From positions 1 through 64,000 of the forward strand of contig MU055906.1 in NCBI GenBank assembly GCA_013239625.1: a DNA stretch of 64,000 nucleotides, in the 5' to 3' direction. Every line of letters begins with the position of its first letter. The stretch's first letter is position 1. Shown piece after piece: positions 45,198 through 58,611 of the stretch. Under the pieces are notes generated by a model. It saw only the letters and a list, made by a program, of their open reading frames with translations. It was not told where the DNA came from and searched no databases. This DNA is from Lama guanicoe. Taxonomy: Eukaryota. A program made the translations under genes and the position numbers.

Positions 45198-48100
45198 TAA
45201 TGTCACTTTGCCAGATGTACCTTCACAACATGGAGGGATAGCTCAGCCCAAACATAAAATCCCTGTTTTTGCCATAAATTCCCAATAAGGGACTATCCTG
45301 CTCTCTTTCTGTTCCCAAAGTGAAATGCAGGGCAAGCATTCTTTTGAAGTGAATCCAAATTGCAAGAGGATTGCAAGAAGCATTCTCTGCTTCTTCCCTC
45401 AGATGCCTTCTGTGGACATTGCAAAATCTGGAGTAACTGGGGTACTGAGGACGAACTTGTTAAAAGGCCTTTCCAAATAAACTCAGATAGTACTTCCCAG
45501 TGTCCTGTGCTCTACCAAAATCTTCGATGACATCAACTCGCCTGACCCAAAATTTCTTCCCAAAACTGAAAGATTCTAAAACCTGTGGAATACATGGTGT
45601 TCTATCTAGGAGATAGTCCCACAAGAATCTTTGTCTCACCATAACTTCATGCCACCTATAAGGCATTTCAAGATTGAAGAAGTTGAGGAAGGAAAGTCAG
45701 ATAGCAGTGAAATCTTTCCTAAGATGGAGACAGACTTGTATGCCAAAGAAAAAACCTTACATTTGAAAACTGGCAAAAGATCAAAAACTTCCACATGTGC
45801 TCAAACCCAAGATGGGAACAGGTTTCCAAGACTGGGTGCGGCTAATACAAAACGCTTCATTCTGTCTAAGTAGCCCTTTCAGAATGTTGAAATTTGCTCA
45901 ATATGGACGTTCAGTGGGAAGAGATTTGAGAAATCACAGGGGTTTTTAATACATGGCTTCATTCACAATTTAGATGCAGGATGGGCCCCCAATCCCACTA
46001 CTTACCTGATCCAAACAGGCATAAGTAGGTTTCCCACACACACTGTTTCCTCTAGTGGCAAATACCTACAAGATGCATTGCAGAGCCCCTCATTTTCAAG
46101 AGACATTCTGTCAACAAACATTCCAACATCACAAGTGACTTTCCTAAGACACTACAAGAGGAGATGAAAGGAGCAAACACAATCCAACTGTGTGAGGAGG
46201 CCTATCAGAACCTGGATTTTGGCTTGCTTCACCAACACAAAAGTTCTCTTATCCCATCAATGCAGGTGGAGGAAATTTTTTTGCACTCACTGTATTCACA
46301 AGATGTGTCATCTGTGAACGTTAGGGTTGATCTGAAGGAAATTAGAAGACCCATTCCAACAATCCTCTTTCACCTTGCTTAGAATGCTCCATAACAGCTG
46401 GGTCTGCTGAGGGGCTGTTTGTGTTTAACATCCTTTCCACCTGGCTTAGAATGCTCTGTAACAACTCGGTCTACTGAGGGGCTGTGTTTCTATGATGAGT
46501 TGGAGCCAAGGCTTTTCAAGACAGAAACACAGGATACTTATGTAAGCCGCGGAAACAGGACTACCCTGAGGCATGCGAAGTTTCTCTATCTTTTCCATTT
46601 GGTTCCCAGAGTGGAATGATTGTCTAATATTTGGCACAAGTAGCTAGGTAGGAAGAGACCTTCCCCCACTTCTATCACCTCTTGGCATGCTGTCCAGGAA
46701 CATTTTCAAACTGGGTCCCATTTGACATCCCATGACAAATTTGAGAGAAATCATTTCAGAACTGGTATATAGGCTTCTTTCCAAGTCACAGAAAGTGTTT
46801 TTCCCATGACAGCACAAGGCACAAATCATCATTACCTGTTCCATTTCTATAAGTGAACTTGTTGAAAGATTTCTTGCATGTAGCCGAAGGTCACAGAGAT
46901 TTTCCTGGAAATGTCTGCCACAGATTTTCTCACTTTTTTTAATGCAGTTCAACATCTGAGGAAACCGTGATTCCATGTAGAGTAGAGGCCAAGATTTTGT
47001 GGACCTGGGGAATAGACCTGTTCACTAAATTTCTTAATACTGTGTTTTGCAGTGAAGCAGATTTTTTAAATTTCCTTCAAATGTGCCTTCTCCAAAATTG
47101 AGAATTGTTTCAGGATATATTGAACTGAAGCATGACACATTCAAGAGAGAGTACACTCAAATGTATCTTCTTTGTGCTATTCTTCCTACAGAAAATTTCA
47201 TCAGAGCTGAAGTAAATTATCTGAGTTAAATGAAGAACAGAGGCTTATGAGAATGTGCAGATGGTTTCACTTCCGTCCCTGAAAATCAATGTGTCCCTGA
47301 AGAGGCAGTGCAGTGAAAATTGGCCCACATAGTATTCCTCTGAGTAGGGACATTTCTGAAAGTGAATTTCGCCTAAAGTAACACTGAAGAGGGTTCCTTT
47401 TCACAAATAATGCATCATTCCTAATAGCTTTCCACAGAACTGCTGTTTGCTGAGCTGAAATGCGGTATTTATTTTCACCTTTCCAGATGTACCTTCATTA
47501 CATGAAGGGAACCTCAGGCCAAAAATGGAAGTCCCCATTTTATAATTAATTCCCAAAAGAACCATATGTGAAGCATTTGTGTGCAGCTGATATGAACTGA
47601 TGTTGACTTTCTAAAGAGCATTCTTTGCAACTTTCCTTGGATTCTCACTGTGGACAGTGAAGATCAAGGAGAAGCTGATGTACTAAGGATGAGCTTGAAC
47701 AGAAGCCTCTCAGAATATGGACGGACTGTTCTTACCTTTAGGCAAAACTCTTCACTTCCAAAGTCTGAGATTAAGTCAACTAAACCTCTCCCCAAGTGCA
47801 TTGCAGATTTGCACTATTTTAAATCCTGAGGTGCACAGAGCATCCTATCTAGGAGATGTTTTCACATGATTCTTGATCTCACCATCACCTGATGCTAACA
47901 AGAATGCATTCAAAGATGGCTGAAGTTGAGGAATGAAGGCAGGTTAGAGTGAAATTTTACAGAAAATGATGATAGGCTCATGTCTGAAAGCCAGAATCCT
48001 CATATTCAGAAAATGACAGAAGACTGAAAAATCACTCATTTGTTTGAGCCTAAAGTGGGAAAAGAAGGGATGTGGCATATACCCTTCTTGTGAATTAGTG

Positions 48101-49688
48101 GCAAATGTAAGACTGGGTGCATCTAACACAAAATGCTTTCTCCTGTACAAGTAGTCCTTTCAGCAAGTGGAAATTTGCTTGATCAGCATGTTCAGTGAGG
48201 TGAGCATGGAGATTTCACTGGGGGATTGAATGCATGGCATCAATCACTAGTCAGACATAGGATTGTTTCTCAATTCCTCCAACTTGGTGAACCCAACAAG
48301 GCAGAAGGAAGTTTCCCACACATAATTTTTCCTCTAGTGACAAAAACCAACTAGATGCAGTTCACAGCACTTCTTCCTCAAAAGACAATCTGAGTGCAAT
48401 GTTTCCAACTTCATGGGCAATTGCCTAAAGACTACCGAGCCAGAGATGAAGTGACCTAAATCACTGCGATAGTGTGAGAAAGCATATCAGAGCTTGTAGT
48501 TATGCTTACTTCCTAACAATACAAACACTCCATTATCACTAAAGTGCAGAAGACAGACATTGCCCACACTGATTATATTCCCATTACAAGACAAGTGCCA
48601 ATGTTTGGGTTGATGTGAGTGAAATTACAAGAACCATTCAAACAATCTTTGCACCATCATTCTGATGCTTCCAGTTAGCAGTGTTAAGTGAGGGGCTGTG
48701 GTTGTTCCAAAGAAGAGCTGGTGCCCATCTCATTAATGGCAGGAACATATATTTATTTGGGAAATCATGGAACTCAATGCTTACGATGAAGCCCATGAGG
48801 TTGTTACATATTTTCCTCTTGAATCGCAGGTGGGATGATTGTCTGAGATTCAGAACAATAAGCTGGGTAGGAAGAGATCTTCTCCCACTTCCGCTACTGT
48901 TGTGGGCATGCCCTCCAAAAACGTTTTCAAGCTGGGATCATTTGACAAATCAAGATCATGTTTAGAGAAACTGCTTTATATGAGACACAGGCTTCTTTCC
49001 CATTAACAGAAACCAATTTTTCCCAAGAAGGCACAAGACTGAAATCATCCATATCAATTCCATTTTGATCAGCAAACATGTTGGAAGGTCCTGTACATGT
49101 AGCCAAAGGTCGTAGACACTCTAATAAATAACTTTCTGCATTCCCTCTCTCTTTCATAAAGTTAGTTCAACATACCAGAAAAACAGTAATTCCTTGTGGA
49201 ATAGGAGCCAAGACCTTGTAAACCACTGACACACAGCTGTTTCCCAACTGCCCGTATTCTCTGACTTGCAACCAAGGTGATGAAGTGAATTACCTTCAAA
49301 ATATGCCTTATCCAAATTGGTGAATTGTTATGGGGTGTTTTGAACCCAAGTACTCATTTGGGAGAGTTTACCTTCAATGCTGTGTTGTTTCTTGCTATTC
49401 TTTCTACAGAAATCTTCATAACAGCTGAAGTAAAATATCTACATTGGATGATGGAGAGAGGCCTTTCTGAATTTGCAAATGGGCTCATTTCTGTCCTTAA
49501 AGATCAATGTGTCCCCAACAAGGCAGTGCAATGAAAACTGGCGCATGTCGTATTCCTACAAATAGGGGAGTTACAGAAGGTTAATTTCACCTGAACTAAC
49601 CCTGAAGAGTGGTTCTCTATACCAAATATTTAGCATTCCTCAAAGATTTCAAAAGAGCTGCTGTTGACTCTACTGAGATGAGGTGTTT
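45198..49688. repeat. AB unit: A11 (45198-47469, carries the 67-bp duplication) + B12 (47470-49688, ~34-bp deletion at ~47553)
   Basis: Landmarks at 45198, 47470, 49689. Confidence 0.93.
46357..46489. repeat. 67-bp tandem duplication in A11
   Basis: GAATGCTC at 46382 and 46449. Confidence 0.9.
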
Positions 49689-52600
49689 TACTGTCACTTT
49701 GTCAGATGTACCTACACAACATGGAGGATTAGCTCAATCCAAATATGAAAATCCCTGCTTTTGTCATCAATTCCCAAGAAGGGAGAATCCCACGGCCTTT
49801 CAATTCCCAAAATGAAATGCAGTGTAAGCATTCGCTGAAGTGGACCTGAATTGCTAGATGTTTGCTAGCAGCATTCTTTGCTACTTCACTTGGATGCCTT
49901 CTGTGGACATTGCAAAATCTGGACAAGCTGGGTTACTGAGGACGAACTTGTGAAAAGGCCTTTCCAAGTACACACAGACAGTTCTTGCCAGCATGCTGCA
50001 TGCACTGAAATCTTCTATCACATCAACTCACACTACCAAAAATTGTTTACCAAGAGTGAAAAATTCTAAAACCTGTGGCACACAGGGAGTCCTATACAGG
50101 AGACCATCTCACAAGAATATTTTTCTAGCTATAACTTCAAGCCAGCTAGAATGCTTTCAATGATGGCTGAAGTCAAGGAAAAATTCAACTTGCAGTGAAA
50201 TCTTATGGAACATGAAGTCAGGCTCATATTCCAAAGACAAATTCCTCACATTTGAAAACTGGCAGAAAACCGAAAACTTCCCATGTGCTCAATACCAATT
50301 TGGGAACAGGTTTCAAAAACTGGGTGAAGCTAACCCAATATCCTTCATTCTGCCCTATTAGTCCTTTAAACATGTGGAAATTTGCTCAATTGAGACATTC
50401 AGTGGGGGTTATTTTGAGAATTCACAGGGGATTTTAATGCATGGCCTCACTCAAAAGTTTCACATACGATGGGTCCTCAATCCCACCACTTACATGATCC
50501 CAACAAAGCAGAAGGAGGTTTCCTTCACACACTATTTCCTCTAGTGACAAATACCTGAAACATGGATTGCACAGCTCCTCATTTTCAAGAGACATTCTGT
50601 AGACAAATTTTCCAAATTCACAGGTGATGTTCCTAAAGACATTAAAAGAGGAGATGAAGGGAGCAGACTTAATGTGACTGTGTGAGAAGGCTGATCAGGA
50701 CTTGGATTTTGGCTTTCTTCCCCAACACAAAAATTCTCTTATCCTGACAATGCAGGTGAATGCAACATTTTTGCACTCACTGTATTCCCAAGATGCATCA
50801 TCTGTGAATGTTAGTGTTGATCTTATTGAACTTAGAAGACCAGTTCAAACAATCCTATTTCCTCCTTGCTCAGAATGCTTCATAACAGCTCAGTCTTCTG
50901 AGGGGCTGTTTGAATTTCTATGATGAGTTGAAGTGAAGGACTTTCAGGACAGGAACACAGGCCACATAGGGAAACCATGGAAACCTTACCTTAGGCTTGT
51001 GAATTTGCTCCAATTTTTCCATTTGGATCCCAGAGTGGAATAATTGTCTAAGATTCAGCACAAGAAGCTGAGTAGGGAGAGATCTTCTCACACTTCTATC
51101 ACCTCAATTGACATGCTGTTTGAGAACATTTTCAAAGAGTGTTCAATTTGTCATCTCAAGAGAAAGTTGACAAAAATTGTTTCAGAACCGGGATAAAGTC
51201 TTCTTTCCATGTCAGAGAGAAAGTCTTTCCCCATAATAGCATAAGGGAGAATTCCTTACCCATTTCATTTCCATAAGAGAATATGTTGGAAGATTCCATG
51301 CTCATAGCCAAAGGTCACAGAGGCTTTCCTACAAAAGGCTTGCCACAGTATTTCTCACCTTTTTAAACACAGTTGAATATCTGTGAAAACAGTGATTCCA
51401 TGTGCAGTAGGGGCCAACGTTTTGTGGTACACTGAAATAGACCCTTTTCCCAAATGCCTAAATACTCTGTCTTGCAATGAAGGAGATGGGTCAAACTTTC
51501 CTCAAATGTGCCTTTTCCAGAATTGAGAATTTTTACAGGATATATTGTAGTGAAGCACGATTCATTCAGGAGAGAGTACTCTCAAGCTGTCTTCTTTTGT
51601 GCCATTCTTCCTACAGAAAATTCATGAGAGCTGAAGTAAATTATCTGAGTTCTATGAAGAACAGAAGCCTAGGAGAATGTGCAGATGGGCTGACTTCCAT
51701 CCCTGAAAATCAACGTGTCCCCCAAAAGGCAGTGCACTGAAAATTGGCCCACATCACATTCTTCAAAATAGAGACGTTTATGAAGGTGAATTTCGCCAAA
51801 GTAACGCTGAAGTGGGTTTCTTTGCAACAATAATTCAACATTCCTAATAGCTATCCAAAGAGCTGATTTTGGCTGAGCTGAAATGCGACCCTTAATGTCA
51901 CCTTCCTAGATGTACCTTCATAACATGAAGGGAACTTTAGGACAAACATAGAAAACCCTGCTTTTATCATCAATTCCCAGGAAGGGAATTTCCCAAGTAC
52001 CTTCTGTTCCCTCAAAATCCATATGTGATGCATTTGTGTGCATCTATAATGAACTGAAGATGAATTTCTGAAGAACATTCTTTGCACCTTTCTTTGGATT
52101 CTCTATGTTGACAGTGAAGATCAAGGGGAAGCTGAGGTACTAAGGATGAAATTGAGCAGAATCCTGTCAGAATATGAATGTACCTTTCTTAACCTTAGGT
52201 AAAGCTCTGCATTTCCAAAGTCTGGGATAAATCAAATTAACCTGTCTCCAAGTGTATCCCAGACTTGCAAGATTTTAAAATCTGAAGTGCACAGAACATC
52301 CTAACTAGGAGCCATTTTCACATGATTCTTGAAATTGCCATCAACTAATGCCTACAAGAATGCATTTGAAGACGGTTGAATTTGAGGAAGGAAAGGCAGG
52401 TTGTAGGGAAATCTTACAGAACATGGTGATACTCTCATGTGCCAAAGATAGAAGCCACATATTTTAAAAGTGACAGAGTGTGAAAACTTCCTCATCTGTT
52501 TGAGCCTAAGATGGGAAAATAAAGGTTGTGGAAAATTCCATTGTTGTGATTTAGTGGCAAAAGTAACACTGGGTGCATCTAAAGTGAAGTGCTTTCTCCT

Positions 52601-54150
52601 GTACAAGTAGTCCTTCCAGCAAGTGGAAGTTTGCTCGATTGACACGTTCAGTAAGGTGAACATTGAGATTTCCCTGGGGGTTTGAATGCACAACTTCAAT
52701 CACAATTAAGACTTAGGATTCTTTCCCAATCCCTCAAACATGGTGATCTGAACAAGGCATAAGGAAGTTTCCCAACACACAGTCTTTACTCCAGTGACAA
52801 ACAACAACAAGATGCATTGCACAACACCTTTTTCTCATGAGTCACTCTGTCAGCAATGTATCCAACTTTGCGGGCATTTTCATAAATACAACCAAAGCGA
52901 GATGAAGTGACCTACCTCACTGCAAGAGTGTGAGAAGGCCTATCAGAGCTAGTAGTTATGCTTGCTTCCCAACAACACAAACAGTTCATTATCACGACAA
53001 CGCAGATTAGGGGCATTTTCTGCACTCATTGTATTCCCAGTGTGAGTCAAGTGTCAAAGTTTGGGTTGATCTGAGTGAAAATACAAGACCCATTCAAACA
53101 ATCTTCCTTGCACCTTCATTCAGATGCTTCCAGTAAGCAGTGACAACTGACGGGCTGTGGCTGTTCCAAAGAGTATCTGGCACCCTGGTCATTCAGTTGA
53201 GGAACATTCGTTAATCTCAGAAACTGTAGAACTCAGTGCTCACGATGAGGCCCGTGGGATTGCTGTGCATTTTCCACTTGATTCCCAAGGTGGGACAATT
53301 GTTTAAGATTCAGAACAATAAGCTGGGTAGAAAGAGATCTTCTCCCACTTCTGCCACTGTGGTTGGCATGCTCTTCAGTAATGCTTTCAAGCTGGGTTCA
53401 ATTTGATATCTCAAGATCATGTTGAGAGAAAATGATTCTGAACAGAGAGATAGTCTGCTTTCCAAATGACAGAATCCCATTTTTCCCAAAATGGCACAAG
53501 ACTGAAATCATCCTTACCCATTTCATTTTGAGCAGTGAACATGTTGGAAGGTCCCCTGCATATAGCCAAAGCTCATAGGGACACCATACAAATGGCTTTC
53601 CACATTCCCTCACTCTTTTATAAATTTAGTTCAACATAAGAGAAAAACTGTGATTCCATGTGGGAATAGGACTGAAGATCTTGTTGAATACTGACACACA
53701 GCCGTTTCCCAACTGCCTAAATTCTCTGACTTGCAACAAAGGTGAAGGTGTGAAATTCCTTCAGAAATGCCTTATTCAAAATTGAGAAGTGTTATAGGAT
53801 ATATAGAACCCAAGCACTGATTTAGGAGAGATTACATTCCAAGCTGTCTTCTTTCTTGCTATTCTTCCTAAAGAAATCTCCGTAACAGCTGAAGTGATAT
53901 ATCTACTTTGTATGATAAAATTATACCCCCGAATGTGAAAAAGGGGCTCACTTCCATCTTTGAAATTCAATGTGTCCCAAAGAAGTCAGTGCAGTGAAAA
54001 CTGTCCCTCATCTTATTCCTCCAACTAGGGAAGTTAGAGAAGGTGAAGTTCACCTGAAGTAACGCTGAAGAATGTTTCTCTGCATGAAACACTCAGCATT
54101 CCTCACAGATTCCAAATGAGCTGCTGTTGAATCAGGTAGATGAGATGTCT
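49689..54150. repeat. AB unit: A12 (49689-51892) + B13 (51893-54150)
   Basis: Landmarks at 49689, 51893, 54151. Confidence 0.93.
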
Positions 54151-57100
54151 TAATGTCACTTTGCTAGATGTACTTTCACAACATGGGGGGATAACTCACG
54201 CCAAATATGAAAATCCCAGCTTCTGCCATCCCTTCCCAAGAGGGAGTATCCCACGTCCCTTCTGTTCTCAAAGTGAAAAGCAGGGCAAGCATTTGTATGA
54301 AGTGGACCTGAATTGCAAGAGGATTGTTAGCAGCATTCTGTGCTTCTTCCTTTGGATGCCTTCTGTGGACATTGCAAAATCTGTAGAAGCTGGGGTACTG
54401 AGGATGAACTTGTGAAAAGGCCTTTCCAAGTACACAGAGTCAGTTCTTGCCAGTGTGCTGACCTCTACCAAAACCATGGATCATATAAACTTGCCCAACC
54501 CAAATTGTTTCTCAAGAGTGAAAGATTCTAAGACATGTGGAACACAGGGCATTTTATCTAGGAGATATTTTCACAAGAATCTTCATCTAGCCATAACTTC
54601 CTGCCAGCTAGAATGCTTTCAATGATGGCTGAAGTTGAGGAAGGAAAGTCAGGCTGCAGTGAAATCTTATGGAAAATGAAGACAGGCTCATACACCATAG
54701 ACAAAAGCCTCACTTTTTAAAACTGGCAGAAGACTAAAAACTTCTACATGTGCTCAATTCCAAGAAGGGAACAGATTTCCAAGACTGGGTGCAACTGACA
54801 CAAAGTGCTTCATTCTGTCCAAGTAGTCCTTCCAGCATGTGGAAATTTATGCTATTAAGAAGTGCAGTTGGAGGAACTTTGAGAATTCACAGGGGGTTTT
54901 AATGCATGGCCTCACTCACACATTAGACATATAGTGGGTCCTCAATCCCACCACTTACATGATCCCAGCAAGACAGAATGTGGTTTCACACACACTCTAT
55001 TTCCTCTAGTGACAAATGCCTACAAGATGCATTGCACAGCCCCTCATTTTCAAGAGATATTCTGTAGATAAGTTTACCAACTTCACAGATGACTTTCCTA
55101 AAGGCAATAAAAGAGGAGATAAAGGGAATGGACTTAATGCTACTGTGTTAGAATGCCTATCAGAACTTGGATTTTGGCTTGCTTCCACAACACAAAAATT
55201 CTCTTAACCTGACAACGCAGATGAAGGAAAATTTTTTGCACTCATTCTATTCCAAAAATGCGTCATCTGTGAACATTAAGGATGATCTATTGGAAATTAG
55301 AAGACCCATTCAAACAATCATCTTTCCACCTTGCTTAGAATGCTCCGTATCAGCTGGGTCTGCTGAGGGCCTGTTTGTGTTTCAATGATGAGGTGGAGCT
55401 AAGGTCGTTCAAGACAGGAACACAGGTTACATAGTGAAACAGTGGAAACTCAAGGCTCCCCTGAGTCCTGTGAAGTTGCTCCAACTTCTCCTTCTCATTC
55501 TCACAGTGGAATTATTGTCTTAGATTCAGCACAGGAAGCTGGGTAGGGAGAGATCTTCTCACACTTCTTTCACCTTTCTTGGATTGCTCTCCAGGAACAT
55601 TTTGAAGCTGTGTTCATTTTGACAGCTTGAGACAAATCTGAGAGAAATTTTTTTCAGAACCGGGATATAAGCTTCTTTCCAAGTCACAGTAGCTTTTATT
55701 CCCCATGATGGCACAAGGCAGAAATCTTCCTTAATGGTTTCATTTCCATAAGGGTACATGTTGGAAAATTCCGTGCATGTAGCCGAAGGTCACAGAGACT
55801 TTCCTGCAAATGGCTTGATGCAGTATTTTTCACTTTTGTAAAGAAAGTTCAATATCTGAGAAAACCATGATTCCATGTGCAGTAGGGGGCAATGTTTTGT
55901 GGAACTCTGAAATAGACCCATTTCCCCAATGCCTAAATACTCTATCTTGCAACAAAGGCAATGGGGTAAATTTTTATCAAATATGCCTTCTCCAAAATGC
56001 AGAATTGTTACAGGATATGTTGAACCAAACATGAATCATTCAGGAGAGTGTGCACCCAAAGCTATCTATTTTGTACTATTCTTCATACAGATATGTTCAT
56101 GAGAGCTAAAGTAATTTATCTCACTTCCATGAAGAACAAAGGCCTGTGAGAATGTGCAATGGGCTGACTTCCATCCCTGAAAATCAATGTGTCCCCAAAA
56201 AGGCAATGCAGTTAAAATTGGCCCAAATCATATTCTTCCAAAAAGGAAAGATTCTGAAGGTGAGTTTATCCTAAAGTAATGCTGAGGAGGGTTTCTTTCA
56301 CCAATAATTCAGCACTCCATAAAACTTTCCAAAGAGTTGCTGTAGGCTGAGATGAAATGAGGTCCTTAATGTCACCTTCCCAGATGTACTTTCCATAACA
56401 TGCAGGGATCCTCAGGCCAAACATGGAAATCCCTGATTTTATCATCATTTCCCAAGAAGGGATTATCCCAAGTCCCTTCATTTCACCAAAATAACCATAA
56501 GTGAAGAATTTGTCTGCAGCTGATATTAATTGAAGATGATTTTCTAAAGAGCATTCTTTGCACATTTCCTTGGATTCTCTCTCTCAACAGTGAAGATCAA
56601 GGAGAAGCTGAGGTACTAAACACAAACATGAGCAGAAGCCTCTGAGAGTACCGACAGACTGTTCTTAACCTTAGGCGAAACTCTGCATTTCAAAAATCCA
56701 GGATAAAGTCAAATTAACCTCTATCAAGTGTATCCCAGATTTGCAAGATTTCAAAATCTGAGGCGGACAGAATGTCCTAACTAGGAGAAGTTTTCTCACG
56801 ATTCTTTATCTCACCATCAACTGATGCAAATGAGAATGCATTCAAAGATGGCTGAAATAAAGGAACAAAAGGCAGGTTGCAGGGAAATATCATGGAACAT
56901 GGTTATAGGCTCATGTGCCAAAGAGAGAAGCAACATATTTGGAAAGTGACAGATGTCTGTAAAGTTTCTAATTTGTTTGAGTCTAAGGTGGGAAATGAAT
57001 TTCTGTGGTAAATTCCCTTCTTGTGAATTCTTGGCAAAAGTTAGTCTGGGTGCATTTAACACAAAGTGCTTTCTCCTGTCCAAGTAGTCCTTTCAGCAAG

Positions 57101-58611
57101 TGGAAGTTTGCTCAATCAACACATTCAGTGAGTTGATCTTTGAGATATCACTGGGGGTTTGAATGCACGTCCTCAATCACAAGTAAAACATAAGATTGTT
57201 TCTCAATCCCTCAAATTTGGTGACCCCAACAAGGTAGAAGGAAGTTTCTCATGCATACTCTTTCCTCTAGTGACAAAAACCAACAAGATGCATTGCACAG
57301 CACCTCTTCCTCAAGAGACACTCTGCCAACAATATATCCTTCTTAGCGGGCAATTGGCTAAAGACAACCAAAGCAGAGATGAATTGAGCTATCTTGTTGC
57401 GAGAGTGTGAGAAGACCTATCAGAGCTCCTAGATATGCTTGCTTCCCAACAACACAAATACTCCATTATCACAACAGCACTAATGAGTGACATTTTCCAC
57501 ACTCATTTTATTCCCAGTATGACCCAAGTGTCAACGTTTGCTTTGATCTGAGCGAAATTACAAGACCCATTCAAACAATCTTCTTTGTACCTTATTCGAT
57601 TGCTTCCACTAAGCAGTATCAAGTGAGGGTCTTTGGCATTCCAAAGAGGAGCTGCCACCGAGGTCATTCATTGCAGGAACATAGATTAATTTGTGGAAAC
57701 ATGGAACTAATTGATCATGATGAGGCCCGTGAGGTTGCTGCACATTTTCCACTTGATTTCCAGGGTGGGACGATTGTCATAAGTTTTGGAACCATAAGCT
57801 GCATAGGAAGTGATCTTCTCCCACTTCTGCCACCATTGTTGACATGTTCTTCAAAGCGGTTTTAAGCTGGATTTAATTTGGCATCTCAAGATCATGGTGA
57901 GAGATACAGCTTCAGATCCAAGACATAGGTTTCTTACCCATTCAAAGTAACCCATTTTTCCCAAAAAACCACAAGACAGTAATGATCCTTAGTCATTTCA
58001 TTTTGAGTATTGAACATGTTGGAAGGACCCGTTCATGTAGCCATAAGTTGTAGAGACTCTCCTACAAATGGCTTTCCACATTCTCGCTCTCTTTCATAAA
58101 GTTAGTTCAACATATTTGAAAAACAGATTCCATGTGGAATATGAACAAAAGTCCTTGTGGTACACTGACACACAGCTGTTTCCCAACTGCCCATATTGTC
58201 AGAATTGCAACCAAGGTGATATTGTGAATTTCCTTCAAACATGCCTTATCCAAAATTGAGAAATATTATAGGATATATTGAACCCAAGCAGTCATTAAGG
58301 AGAGATTACCCTCCAAGCTATCTTCTTTCTTGCTATTCTTCCTACAGAAATCTTCATAAAAGTTTAAGTAAAATATCTATGTTTGGTGATGTAAATATGC
58401 CTCAGAATGCACAAGTGGGCTCACAACTGACCTTGATAATCAATGTGTCCCCAACAAGGCAGTGCAATAAAAACTGGGCCATGTCATAGTCCATCAAATA
58501 GGGAAGTTACAGAATGTGAATTTCACCTGAACTAACACTGAAGAATGTTTCTCTACACAAAACTTCCATCCTTGAGTTAGCTGCTGTTGACTCAGCTGAG
58601 ATGAGGTGTCT
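54151..58611. repeat. AB unit: A13 (54151-56366) + B14 (56367-58611)
   Basis: Landmarks at 54151, 56367, 58612. Confidence 0.93.

Noticed and set aside
51176-51195. CENP-B box (CGGG-containing motifs such as TTCAGAACCGGGA)
   Set aside because: TTCG is not present at the required spacing here or at the other + strand CGGG sites I looked at; the - strand was not scanned exhaustively.
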